Shown here: piece by piece, positions 10,435-19,252 of the stretch | Layout: every line of letters begins with the position of its first letter | Numbering within the stretch: the stretch's first letter is position 1 | From: an uncultured Candidatus Marinamargulisbacteria bacterium | Lineage (GTDB): Bacteria > Margulisbacteria > Marinamargulisbacteria > GCA-2716485 > CAXFGY01 | Assembly (NCBI GenBank): GCA_964002605.1 | Contig: CAXFGY010000002.1 | Coordinates: 1-34,270, forward strand | DNA length: 34,270 bases | Direction: 5' to 3' | The notes under the pieces: model-generated | The model's input: the letters and a program-made list of their open reading frames with translations, nothing else | Told to the model about the DNA's origin: nothing | Databases searched by the model: none | Made by a program: the position numbers and the translations under genes

Positions 10435-13400
10435 AAGATACTCCAGAAGATCTCTGTAATTGTTTATTAAATTCTAATTTTAATTTGGAAAAAATTGTAC
10501 CCTCCACTAAATAATTCTCCAAATCCGAATGATCAACAGAAAGCAATGATATTCTTTTTTCTAAAAAAGGCACATCAACACTAATAGATTTACTTTGAAA
10601 CGTAGATTTAAGTAAACTAATTCTATCATTAATTTTTATTTGATCTCCACAACCACCTAAAATAATTGTATGATCTTTATCCGAATAAACACCTAAAGAA
10701 CATCCAAGTTGATCCAGTGAAACTGATTTTAAAGAAAAAGAATGTTTGTCAAACCAATAATCTGCACCAGTTAGAATCGCAATATCTTCTAAAAATTCAT
10801 TATTATTACAATAATAATCCGGACATTTAATTACCAAAATCTTCATCTTATTTGCTAACTGTCTAACTACAAGCTTTGATAATATATCTTCATTAATATC
10901 CAATGTAATAATGACTAAAGGTTTAGATTCAAAGGAAACTTGATCTAAAATAGGTAAAAAATCATCAAATTGAGTAACTTTTTTATCTAAAATTAAAATA
11001 TAAGGGTCATCAAATTGTACATTCATACTCGATTTATTAGTAACCATCGATGACGAAAGATAACCAGAATCAATTTTTATATTTTTTATAGAATTAACTT
11101 CTATTTTTTTTTGTTTTCCAGAATCACTATCTTGATCAATAATTACAGACTGAGAACAATCTGCTTTTTGTCCTATTTTATTATCATTAAATTTATAACC
11201 CCCTTTCTCAATTAACACGGTCCAATATCCATCACTAGACTGAACTTGATTAACTATTTTATGGCCTTCTAACTTCACAGAATTCGGCACATTATTAATC
11301 GGAGCACCATCATCTAACAAAATTTCAAGCTGTTGACCAGATTGCATCGTTTCAAGCACTAACTTAGTTTTAACAAAATTCATTGGACAAGCAACACCAC
11401 GATAATCTTTATTAATCTTTACAAGTTCTGATATCTGATCATTAGCAGAATCATTCTCTTGACCCTTAATTCTAAACTTTAAAGAATCATCCATACTTTT
11501 GTAAAGCGCTTCCATATCAGCCGCTAATGCAATAATATCTGCTTGTAAATCAATTAACTCATCATTTTTACCTGACTTAGCCAACATTACAATTTTTTTA
11601 TACCGTTTATCTACTAAACCGGCTTCAATAAAATGCTTCATAAATAATTCCATCGCTTGATCTTCAGTCTTAGAATCTAAACCTCGAGTCACTAATAACA
11701 TCCGTGACGCATGAAACACAATTTGATATAAATCATCTTTTAACGATGATGTTTCTTCTATACCTTTAACACGTTTATCAATTTCTTTTCGATCAACATT
11801 AATCATATCAAACATCCCAGCAGAACATTCTGCACTACCCATATCCTCTAACGATAACCGTTTTTTAGCTCCAAAGTCTGTATAATATTTTTCATTCTCC
11901 TCATAACTAGGAACTTCCTTATATTTCTCACACAATGTTTTAATAACATCATTACCTTTATCTTCTAAAAAATCATGATAATTTTCATAGTCTTCTTTTT
12001 CAGCAATATATACACTCAAAAACTCCGTGACAAATGACGGAATATCATGTGCTGCAACATCACCCAATCGCTCTGCATATTGAGTTTCTCCATGTCCCAC
12101 TTTGGCGCCTGCCATAACATTATATGACGGATACATATTGCCACTATTTCGACCAATTTTTCCAAAAAAACCCAAATCAGCCACGTGATGCATCCCACAC
12201 GTATTTGGACAACCTGACATATGAAGCTTAAAGTCTGGAATTGCATCTAAATTTAACTGCTTACTAACCAACTCTTCTCGAATCGCATCCGATAACCCAC
12301 GCGGTAAACAAATACCCAACTTACACGTTTGTGCCCCTGTACAGTTAATCATTTTGCCCACCATTGCTGGTGTATGAATTAACGTATCTTCTAAACTATT
12401 TAACACATTATATAAGTTCCCAATATACTTTTCAGGAATATTACGTAACCAAACATTTTGTCCCCGATCACATCGAATCGTATTTTCTCCCATCTGATCT
12501 AAAAAATCACAAAGCTTATACGCATCTGGGGATTTTAAATCACCTAAACGTAACATAAGTAATACAGATGATAACCCATCTTGCTTTTGAGCATAAACAT
12601 AACGCGATTTCCATTGTTCAAAAACATCCCCATGAACCGCTTCAACAGGAATATTAGGGTCTACACATTCATTTTTAAGTTCAGGTAATTCTAAATTTAA
12701 TGACTCATCATATTTAATTTTGTCATATTCTTCTTCAAATAAACTAATAAATTCATCTCTTTGCAATTTCTTCCATAAAAATTTAATCCGATTCGAATAT
12801 TTACTACGACGATTTCCATGTTTATCAAACATAATTTTTAATGCTTTTGTTACATGATACACTTGCGTATCTGGAATAAATTCCAATAATAAATTACCCA
12901 CCATAGGCTTAGCACCCATTCCTCCTGCACAATATACCTTAAACCCTTTTTGACCTGCTTTTAGCGTCGCAACAAAACCCAAACATGTTGCCATTGTATA
13001 CGCTGTGTCCTGATCATTATGCGAAAAATTAATTTTAAACTTTCGAGGTAAATTCCATGAATCATCCTCAGAAATTAACCGTGTCGTCAATGCCATCGCA
13101 TAAGGATCCACATCAAATAATCCATCCGGATCAATTCCTGAATTAGGAGACGTTAAAATGTTACGAATCGTATTACCCCCTCCTCCACGTGAACTTAATC
13201 CCACTTCATTTAATCCTCGAATTGCTTTCATCACATCTTCAATCAATAAATCATGAATTTGTACTTCTTGACGGGTTGTAAAATGAACTTCATTACTCCC
13301 ATAAGCTGCGCCTAATTCTGCAACTTTACGCAATTGACGAGGCGTAATTCCACCTGCCGCACAACGAATTCGTAACATATAGGTTTCTTCTTGACGTTGT

Positions 13401-13540
13401 TCATACAAACCATGCGCAACCCGAATTCCTTTAAACTTCACGGGATGAATATCACCTGCTACAAAACGAGCAATATCTTTTTCAAACTGATCTTGCTCGG
13501 CAAGTAATGTATTTGAATTTTCATAAAATCTAACACTCAT
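10427..13540 (-). CDS. sir: Sulfite reductase-HEPN-TusA fused to a C-terminal GroEL apical-domain homologue, copy B (1037 aa)
   Basis: Residues 12-779 are identical to copy A. The ~258-aa tail aligns by eye with the GroEL apical domain (DSGYLSS, PYILILDKKV, KPLVII, LEDIAILTG, LDQLG, KDHTIILGG, LEKRISLL). Confidence 0.88.
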   Translation of the reverse strand: MSVRFYENSNTLLAEQDQFEKDIARFVAGDIHPVKFKGIRVAHGLYEQRQEETYMLRIRCAAGGITPRQLRKVAELGAAYGSNEVHFTTRQEVQIHDLLIEDVMKAIRGLNEVGLSSRGGGGNTIRNILTSPNSGIDPDGLFDVDPYAMALTTRLISEDDSWNLPRKFKINFSHNDQDTAYTMATCLGFVATLKAGQKGFKVYCAGGMGAKPMVGNLLLEFIPDTQVYHVTKALKIMFDKHGNRRSKYSNRIKFLWKKLQRDEFISLFEEEYDKIKYDESLNLELPELKNECVDPNIPVEAVHGDVFEQWKSRYVYAQKQDGLSSVLLMLRLGDLKSPDAYKLCDFLDQMGENTIRCDRGQNVWLRNIPEKYIGNLYNVLNSLEDTLIHTPAMVGKMINCTGAQTCKLGICLPRGLSDAIREELVSKQLNLDAIPDFKLHMSGCPNTCGMHHVADLGFFGKIGRNSGNMYPSYNVMAGAKVGHGETQYAERLGDVAAHDIPSFVTEFLSVYIAEKEDYENYHDFLEDKGNDVIKTLCEKYKEVPSYEENEKYYTDFGAKKRLSLEDMGSAECSAGMFDMINVDRKEIDKRVKGIEETSSLKDDLYQIVFHASRMLLVTRGLDSKTEDQAMELFMKHFIEAGLVDKRYKKIVMLAKSGKNDELIDLQADIIALAADMEALYKSMDDSLKFRIKGQENDSANDQISELVKINKDYRGVACPMNFVKTKLVLETMQSGQQLEILLDDGAPINNVPNSVKLEGHKIVNQVQSSDGYWTVLIEKGGYKFNDNKIGQKADCSQSVIIDQDSDSGKQKKIEVNSIKNIKIDSGYLSSSMVTNKSSMNVQFDDPYILILDKKVTQFDDFLPILDQVSFESKPLVIITLDINEDILSKLVVRQLANKMKILVIKCPDYYCNNNEFLEDIAILTGADYWFDKHSFSLKSVSLDQLGCSLGVYSDKDHTIILGGCGDQIKINDRISLLKSTFQSKSISVDVPFLEKRISLLSVDHSDLENYLVEGTIFSKLKLEFNKQLQRSSGVSYV
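11205..13507. repeat. Direct repeat copy 2 (2303 bp), matching 6949-9251
   Basis: See copy 1; identity breaks at 11204/6948 and at 13508/9252. Confidence 0.95.
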
Positions 13541-13558
13541 CGTTCTATCATTCTCTCC

Positions 13559-14002
13559 TCATTGAATTTTTAATGTTACTGTTGCAATTTCAACTTCATT
13601 ATCATTCGGTTTCACCACGTTAAATCCATTGATTTCAGGTTGATCACCTTTTAAACTTAAAATAATATATACTGGATTTGGATCATTAAATAAACGAATG
13701 TCTTCTTCTGAAAGCCGTGCCGGCGTCTCTGGATGACTATGATATACAGATAACAGTTCTAATCCATTTTGACGCGCTTGTTTAACGACTTGAAATTGCT
13801 CTTTAGGATCAAAACTAAAATGATCTGAACGTGCATCTACATTCGTCATGGGGTAAAATTTAGAAATCTCTCCTGCAATGCCTGCTAAATAACCACAAGC
13901 CTCATTAGGCAATTCAGATTGAGCATGACTAACAAGTTCATCATAAATATCTTGAGGAATAATTAATTGTCGTAATTGTTCTTTCACATCTTGTTTTACC
14001 AT
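13559..14002 (-). CDS. JAB/MPN+ (M67) metallopeptidase, HcyD/Mec-like sulfur-carrier processing protease
   Basis: PNEACGYL and YHSHPETPARLSEED, an intact JAMM motif E...HxH-x7-S-x2-D. Confidence 0.9.
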   Translation of the reverse strand: MVKQDVKEQLRQLIIPQDIYDELVSHAQSELPNEACGYLAGIAGEISKFYPMTNVDARSDHFSFDPKEQFQVVKQARQNGLELLSVYHSHPETPARLSEEDIRLFNDPNPVYIILSLKGDQPEINGFNVVKPNDNEVEIATVTLKIQ

Positions 14003-14003
14003 A

Positions 14004-14819
14004 TCACCCTTCCTTTGAGATATTTAAATCACATACAACCTGTTCTCCATCTAACAATTCAGTAATTGTAGGATTATCTCCGCAAACAGGACAATTTTCA
14101 CGTCTTTTAACTGATACCGTACGGTATTTCATACCCAATGCGTCAAACATTAACAATCGATTTTCTAATAAATCGCCAATTCCTAAAAAATATTTTAATG
14201 CTTCTGCCGCTTGAATCGTCCCTAACATACCTGCCACTGCACCCAAAACACCCGCTTGTGAACATGTTGGAACTAAATCAGCAGGAGGCGGTCCATTAAA
14301 AATACACCGATAACATGCATTACCAGGCGTATAAGTAAACGTCTGACCCTCAAACCGTAAAATACCCCCATGAGAATACGGTTTTTTTGCCATCACACAT
14401 GCATCATTAATCAAAAATTTAGTCGAAAAATTATCCGTACCATCAATAATAAAATCATATTCTGTAATTAACTGATTCGCATTGGATGCCATAAATAACT
14501 CTTTATATACACTAACCTTCACATCTGGATTAATCGCATTAATTTTTTCTTGAGCTGAAACCACTTTTTCACGACCAATATCAGGTGTAAAATGAATAAC
14601 TTGACGTTGTAAATTAGTAATATCTACTACATCAGCATCGACTAATCCAATATGTCCCACTCCTGCAGCTCCTAAATACAACGCAATCGGAGCACCTAAA
14701 CCCCCAGCACCAATAATCAAAACACGACTATTTAGTAATTTTTCTTGTCCCTCTCCACCCACATTTTGCAATAAAATATGACGACTATATCGTTCAATTT
14801 GTTCCTCTGTTAAGTTCAT
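14004..14819 (-). CDS. ThiF/MoeB-family sulfur-carrier adenylyltransferase (HcyF-like)
   Basis: RYSRH, GAGGLG, NLQRQ, DGTDNF, CYRC and CPVC Zn motifs. Confidence 0.92.
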   Translation of the reverse strand: MNLTEEQIERYSRHILLQNVGGEGQEKLLNSRVLIIGAGGLGAPIALYLGAAGVGHIGLVDADVVDITNLQRQVIHFTPDIGREKVVSAQEKINAINPDVKVSVYKELFMASNANQLITEYDFIIDGTDNFSTKFLINDACVMAKKPYSHGGILRFEGQTFTYTPGNACYRCIFNGPPPADLVPTCSQAGVLGAVAGMLGTIQAAEALKYFLGIGDLLENRLLMFDALGMKYRTVSVKRRENCPVCGDNPTITELLDGEQVVCDLNISKEG

Positions 14820-16069
14820 TTTAAATACTCCAAAGCTTGTTTAAAATCAGCAATAATATCATCTTCATGTTCTAATCCAATAGATAAACGAATTAAATCA
14901 GGATATACTCCAGCCTCTTCTTTTTGTTTATCTGTTAAATTACGATAAATTGTTTCTCCCGGATGAATTGCCAATGTCCGTGCATCTCCCAAATTCACCG
15001 AGTTATCAATTAACTTAAGTTGATTAATAAATAAATATGCATTTTCTTTGGATCCCAATCGAATGGTTAACATCCCACCACATCCCTTAGGAAATTGAGT
15101 ACTAACAAGATCCGCTTGTAAATGATCTAATAAACCTGGATAAGTCACCCTAACAACTTTCGAATGTGATTTAAAAAATTGCGCCACTTTCAATGCTGTT
15201 TGACAATGGCGATCCATACGAATCGCTAATGTTTCAAGCGCTGCAATCGTTAAAAAAGCATTCAAAGGCGTCATCGCACAACCCGAATTTGCACGTACTT
15301 TTTTAACAGCAGCAATAAACGCATTTTTACCAAACTTTTTCATCTCCAACAACGCTTTAGAACAATGGTCAGACCAACTAAAAACACCCAAGTCTGTAAT
15401 TACGCCTCCTACTGCAGAGTTACCGCCACATAAATATTTAGTTGTTGCATTAATCACAACATGTGCCCCTAACGATTTAATATCACATAAATAAGAAGGA
15501 ACAAATGTAGTATCCACTACTAAAGGAATATTTACTTTAGCCGCAATACTCGAAACAGCTCTAATATCAACAACATCTAATTTAGGATTGCCAATTACTT
15601 CAACAAATATCAACCGTGTATTCTCTTGAATCGCTGCTTCATACGCTTCAAAATCAACTGTGTCTACAAATGTCGTTTCAATACCACTATTTTTAATCAA
15701 GCCATTAATTAAATAATATGTCGATCCAAATAAGCTTTTTGATACTACAATATGGTCCCCTGAACTTGCCAAAGCAAAAATCATACTTGTAATCGCAGCC
15801 ATACCCGAAGACACAGCAACTGTCCCCAAACCATTATGAAGCACATTAATCCGTGACTCTAAGTCAGCAACAGTTGGATTTGCGACCCGAGAATAATAAA
15901 ACCCATATTCATGACCTTTGAATATATTTTCTAAACCCTCTGCTGTTTCAGATCGATACGCAGTCGATTGATGAATCGGGGGTTTAGTCGCACCTGTTTC
16001 AGAATCAGGTGTAATCCCTGCATGAATCGCTTGCGTCTCAAATTTCCAATTAGAAGTATAATCGGTCAT
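14816..16069 (-). CDS. metY: O-acetylhomoserine sulfhydrylase (PLP-dependent, Cys/Met metabolism family)
   Basis: FETQAIHAG, YSRVANPT, SSGMAAI, ATTKYLCG (PLP Lys), NLGDARTLAIHP and RLSIGLE. Confidence 0.85.
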   Translation of the reverse strand: MTDYTSNWKFETQAIHAGITPDSETGATKPPIHQSTAYRSETAEGLENIFKGHEYGFYYSRVANPTVADLESRINVLHNGLGTVAVSSGMAAITSMIFALASSGDHIVVSKSLFGSTYYLINGLIKNSGIETTFVDTVDFEAYEAAIQENTRLIFVEVIGNPKLDVVDIRAVSSIAAKVNIPLVVDTTFVPSYLCDIKSLGAHVVINATTKYLCGGNSAVGGVITDLGVFSWSDHCSKALLEMKKFGKNAFIAAVKKVRANSGCAMTPLNAFLTIAALETLAIRMDRHCQTALKVAQFFKSHSKVVRVTYPGLLDHLQADLVSTQFPKGCGGMLTIRLGSKENAYLFINQLKLIDNSVNLGDARTLAIHPGETIYRNLTDKQKEEAGVYPDLIRLSIGLEHEDDIIADFKQALEYLK

Positions 16070-16077
16070 CTAATCAC

Positions 16078-16287
16078 CTAATGTCCCCCACCCATAAAAT
16101 ATAAAAACTCAACTTCATCGCCCTCTTTAACCAATGTCGTCTCAAAATTTTCACGATCAACCATATCACCATTATATTCAACAGAAACCATTTCTGGCAT
16201 TTTTACTGCTTTATGAACCAGCAAGTCAGAAATAGTAATCGTATCTTTATCAATTGTTTCATTTTCACCATTAATCTTAATATTCAT
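16078..16287 (-). CDS. ThiS-family sulfur carrier with a C-terminal extension (HcyS-like)
   Basis: MNIKING...VSVEYNG...GDEVEFLYFMGGGH; the diglycine is masked by a terminal residue; SD AGGAG upstream. Confidence 0.9.
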   Translation of the reverse strand: MNIKINGENETIDKDTITISDLLVHKAVKMPEMVSVEYNGDMVDRENFETTLVKEGDEVEFLYFMGGGH

Positions 16288-16304
16288 TCTTAAACACTCC
16301 TTAA

Positions 16305-17252
16305 TTAATCCTCATCATTATACAATACTGTACTCAAATATCGCTCACCAGTATCACACAAGATTGTCACAATCGTTTTACCTTTATTTTCAGGTCGCTT
16401 AGCAACCTCTAAAGCCACATAAACATTAGCCCCCGCCGATATTCCCACAAATAAACCTTCTTCCTTAGCTAATCGTCGTGCCATCGCAATGGCATCCTCA
16501 TTAGACACTTGAATAACTTCATCAACCACACTTCGATCTAAATTTTTTGGTACAAAACCCGCCCCAATCCCTTGAATCATATGTGGCCCTGGTTCTCCCC
16601 CAGACAAAACAGGCGACGCTACAGGCTCAACAGCTACACTAGTAAACGCTGGTTTTCGTTCTTTTAGTAAACTTGCAACACCAGTAATCGTACCACCAGT
16701 ACCAACACCTGCCACAAGAATATCAATCGCACCATCTGTATCATCCCAAATTTCTTCTGCAGTCGTCTCACGATGCTTTTGTGGATTGGCTTGATTATTA
16801 AATTGCTGCGGCATAAATGAATTGGGCATTTCTTTTAACAATTCTTCCGCACGAGCAATGGCACCACTCATTCCCAAATGAGCCGGTGTTAACTCTAATT
16901 TTGCACCCATTGCTTTTAATAGTTTGCGACGTTCCAAACTCATCGACTCTGGCATTGTCAAAATAACATCATAACCTTTTACTGCAGCAACAAATGCAAT
17001 TCCGATCCCCGTATTACCGCTTGTTGGCTCAATAACCGTTGAACCAGGAATCAAAACCCCTTCTGACTCAGCAGTCTCAATCATAGCTAAAGCTGCGCGA
17101 TCTTTAACAGACGAACTTGGATTCATAAATTCACATTTACCCAAAACATTTGCACTACTTTTATTAACTCGATTTAAAGTCACTAATGGCGTATTACCAA
17201 TTAATTCTAATGCACTTTGGGCAATTCTATTTTTATTTTTTTTAAATGGCAT
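16305..17252 (-). CDS. cysK: Cysteine synthase A
   Basis: [41 protein letters not shown] and DTGERYLST. Confidence 0.95.
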   Translation of the reverse strand: MPFKKNKNRIAQSALELIGNTPLVTLNRVNKSSANVLGKCEFMNPSSSVKDRAALAMIETAESEGVLIPGSTVIEPTSGNTGIGIAFVAAVKGYDVILTMPESMSLERRKLLKAMGAKLELTPAHLGMSGAIARAEELLKEMPNSFMPQQFNNQANPQKHRETTAEEIWDDTDGAIDILVAGVGTGGTITGVASLLKERKPAFTSVAVEPVASPVLSGGEPGPHMIQGIGAGFVPKNLDRSVVDEVIQVSNEDAIAMARRLAKEEGLFVGISAGANVYVALEVAKRPENKGKTIVTILCDTGERYLSTVLYNDED

Positions 17253-17655
17253 AATTAATCACTTTCTCCTCTTTTTGTTTTTTAACAACTAACTCTGATA
17301 ATGAAACCAATAAAACGTCTTGTAAACATACTTCAACTGATTTCCACCATTGATTTAAAATATTACCACCACAATAACCTAATGATAATGACAATGGTCC
17401 ATCAATAACTGTAATAATATCAATTATAGCAATAGAATCACTAGTTTTTGCTAAACAATACCCCCCTTTAGAACCACGCTGGCTCAAAATTAAACCTGCC
17501 TGGCGTAAATCAGATAAAATATGTTCTAAAAATTTAATTGGGATTTGACACTGATTCGATAATAATTTTGCCTGAACAGGCTTGTTCTTAACTGACAATG
17601 CCAATTCAACCATAGTTGCTAATGCATATTTAGCTTTATTACTAATAGTAAACAA
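17242..17655 (-). CDS. Rrf2-family transcriptional regulator, CymR-like (no 3-Cys cluster motif)
   Basis: [32 protein letters not shown] and DIITVIDG; TTG start with SD AAAGGAG; overlaps cysK. Confidence 0.88.
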   Translation of the reverse strand: MFTISNKAKYALATMVELALSVKNKPVQAKLLSNQCQIPIKFLEHILSDLRQAGLILSQRGSKGGYCLAKTSDSIAIIDIITVIDGPLSLSLGYCGGNILNQWWKSVEVCLQDVLLVSLSELVVKKQKEEKVINYAI

Positions 17656-17681
17656 TTTAAGAACTCCTTTTACATAATCAA

Positions 17682-17694
17682 AAAAACTAATATA
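17682..17694 (-). promoter_or_regulatory. 13-mer TATATTAGTTTTT upstream of the Rrf2 operon; candidate promoter or operator
   Basis: Identical to 9312-9324; adjacent to the inverted repeat ATAAAAT-N5-ATTTTAT (17692-17710). Confidence 0.3.
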
Positions 17695-17779
17695 AAATAA
17701 TAAATTTTATTTCATACATAATATATCAAAATTATAGGAAATGTAAAGAATAAAAAAATAATCATGCTATAGTAATATA

Positions 17780-18379
17780 ATGAATATTATAATCTCACAA
17801 AAACATATTGATAAAATGATCCAACAAGGAATAGCGAACAACCCCTTTCCTTCTGGTGGATTTTTAGGAGGATCCATAAAACAAAAAGAAAAAATTATAT
17901 TCGGAATTTATCCGATTAAAAAAATTATACCTGAACAAGCAAATATAGGATTTTGTTACACAAGTATTGACTTTCAAAATGCTCAAAACTTTTTTTTTAT
18001 AAACAATATTACTTTTTTAGGTTCATATAATATAACTTATAAACAAAAAACTACCCAATTAGTAAACCGACAAAAAATAGGTTATGGTTGTCAAGAAATT
18101 ATTAGTATTGATCTTTCAAATTGTAAGTCACCAAAAATAACTGCCCATCAAAAAACGAATGGCATAAAAAAAGAATTAAAACTCATTATAGTAACAGAGA
18201 GTGAAATTAAAGATTACAATAATAGCAACGAAACCCTATCAGATAATAAAACTCTTAAAAACACCCCAAATGAAACCACTTTAACAAGTCAAATTGAAAA
18301 TTTAAAAAATAATAAAAAAATACACTACATTAAAAACAAGTCTCTAAGAAAAAACTCATCATTTGATGTACAATTATAA
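17780..18379 (+). CDS. Degenerate JAB/MPN-like protein lacking catalytic residues
   Basis: IIISQKHIDKMIQQGIANNPFPSGGFLGG...IFGIYPI parallels LIIPQDIYDELVSHAQSELPNEACGYLAG...ISKFYPM of 13559-14002; FLGSYNIT replaces LLSVYHSH. Confidence 0.55.
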   Translation: MNIIISQKHIDKMIQQGIANNPFPSGGFLGGSIKQKEKIIFGIYPIKKIIPEQANIGFCYTSIDFQNAQNFFFINNITFLGSYNITYKQKTTQLVNRQKIGYGCQEIISIDLSNCKSPKITAHQKTNGIKKELKLIIVTESEIKDYNNSNETLSDNKTLKNTPNETTLTSQIENLKNNKKIHYIKNKSLRKNSSFDVQL

Positions 18380-18528
18380 AATTTAAAATAATAAAAACAC
18401 TATAAAAAACAGCAAAAAAACATTTTTTACCAATAAGTACAGACCATAAAAAATATCAAAAAATTTCAATGTTTATCAAATCACGCATTTGCACATTATA
18501 GCGTTATTAAAACTAAAAGGAGCCCATA

Positions 18529-18750
18529 ATGACAACAAAAAAAATAATACTAACAACAGGAGAGGAAATAGATCGCACCTCAATCCCAAAATGCCAAAAA
18601 TGTACCGTTGCATGCCAAAAATGCACCTTCTCATTTATTAATAAAAAATCAAATCAAAAATACAATACAACAATCCATACTCTACAAACAATAACAATAC
18701 AGACACCAAAAAGTACTATTGTAAAAAACAAACAAAATGATACAATATAA
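18529..18750 (+). CDS. Small hypothetical protein with a CQKCT tandem repeat (2 x CxxC)
   Basis: SD AAAGGAG 6 nt before the ATG; KCQKCTVACQKCT. Confidence 0.45.
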   Translation: MTTKKIILTTGEEIDRTSIPKCQKCTVACQKCTFSFINKKSNQKYNTTIHTLQTITIQTPKSTIVKNKQNDTI

Positions 18751-18784
18751 ATACTGAGACTCAGTATCAAAAAAGGAGTGAAAA

Positions 18785-18955
18785 ATGATTAGATTACAAG
18801 AAAAAATTGATTTTAAAACGATGCTAGCATTAGCTTTAACTGAGTCAGAACAAAATAAATTAGAAAAAAACAATATTAAATTAGAAAAAAATCAAAAAAG
18901 AAAAAAATTTAACCAACTATTTAATAACATCTACATTAGAGTAACAAATTACTAA
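18785..18955 (+). CDS. Small hypothetical protein (56 aa), not in the ORF track
   Basis: SD AAGGAG upstream; MIRLQEKIDFKTMLALALTESEQNKLEKNNIKLEKNQKRKKFNQLFNNIYIRVTNY. Confidence 0.45.
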   Translation: MIRLQEKIDFKTMLALALTESEQNKLEKNNIKLEKNQKRKKFNQLFNNIYIRVTNY

Positions 18956-19053
18956 TAAAAAATTTAGATTCTTTTCACTCGAAACATATTATTAATTATA
19001 AACAAATCATTAAACTAAATATGTATAATTTATGAACATATTGATAAAAAAAA

Positions 19054-19070
19054 GTTGGCATATTTAATGA
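19054..19070 (+). promoter_or_regulatory. Sigma54-like -24/-12 element (TTGGCAT-N5-ATGA)
   Basis: GG-N10-G spacing about 36 nt upstream of the ATG at 19106; its first 12 nt are identical to the element at 25157-25173. The -12 half deviates from TTGC. Confidence 0.35.
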
Positions 19071-19105
19071 TATTAGTTTAATAAAAATAATTAATGAGGT
19101 GAACA

Positions 19106-19252
19106 ATGCAAAATCAAAATATATTAAACTCAGACAAAATTAATCATTTATTTAAATTATTATTTTCTAATCAATACTCAGGTGCCAGTAAAGCTCACAA
19201 CATCAATGTTCAATTTTCAGATGATATTATGCTACCTATGAGTTTAAATTAA
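19106..19252 (+). CDS. Small hypothetical protein (48 aa), not in the ORF track
   Basis: SD GAGGTG 4 nt before the ATG; MQNQNILNSDKINHLFKLLFSNQYSGASKAHNINVQFSDDIMLPMSLN; its stop overlaps the crcB stop. Confidence 0.5.
   Translation: MQNQNILNSDKINHLFKLLFSNQYSGASKAHNINVQFSDDIMLPMSLN

Noticed and set aside
10538-11145. A separate groEL gene or groEL pseudogene
   Set aside because: The segment is in frame with sir, has no start or SD of its own, lacks equatorial-domain motifs (GDGTTT) and has no groES nearby.
12016-12558. ORFs 12016-12246 (-) and 12364-12558 (+)
   Set aside because: Shadow frames inside sir-B.
14004-16287. Thiamine (thiS/thiF) or molybdopterin biosynthesis operon
   Set aside because: No thiG/thiH/thiO or moaE is adjacent; the metY, JAB and sir context and the masked diglycine fit the homocysteine sulfur-carrier pathway. 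thiC is about 17 kb away.
13559-16287. Ubiquitin-like anti-phage conjugation system (Ubl, E1, JAB)
   Set aside because: No E2 or CD-NTase gene is present, and the genes are embedded among sulfur-assimilation enzymes.
18682-18873. 63-aa ORF on the minus strand
   Set aside because: Antisense to two plus-strand small ORFs that have clear SD sites.
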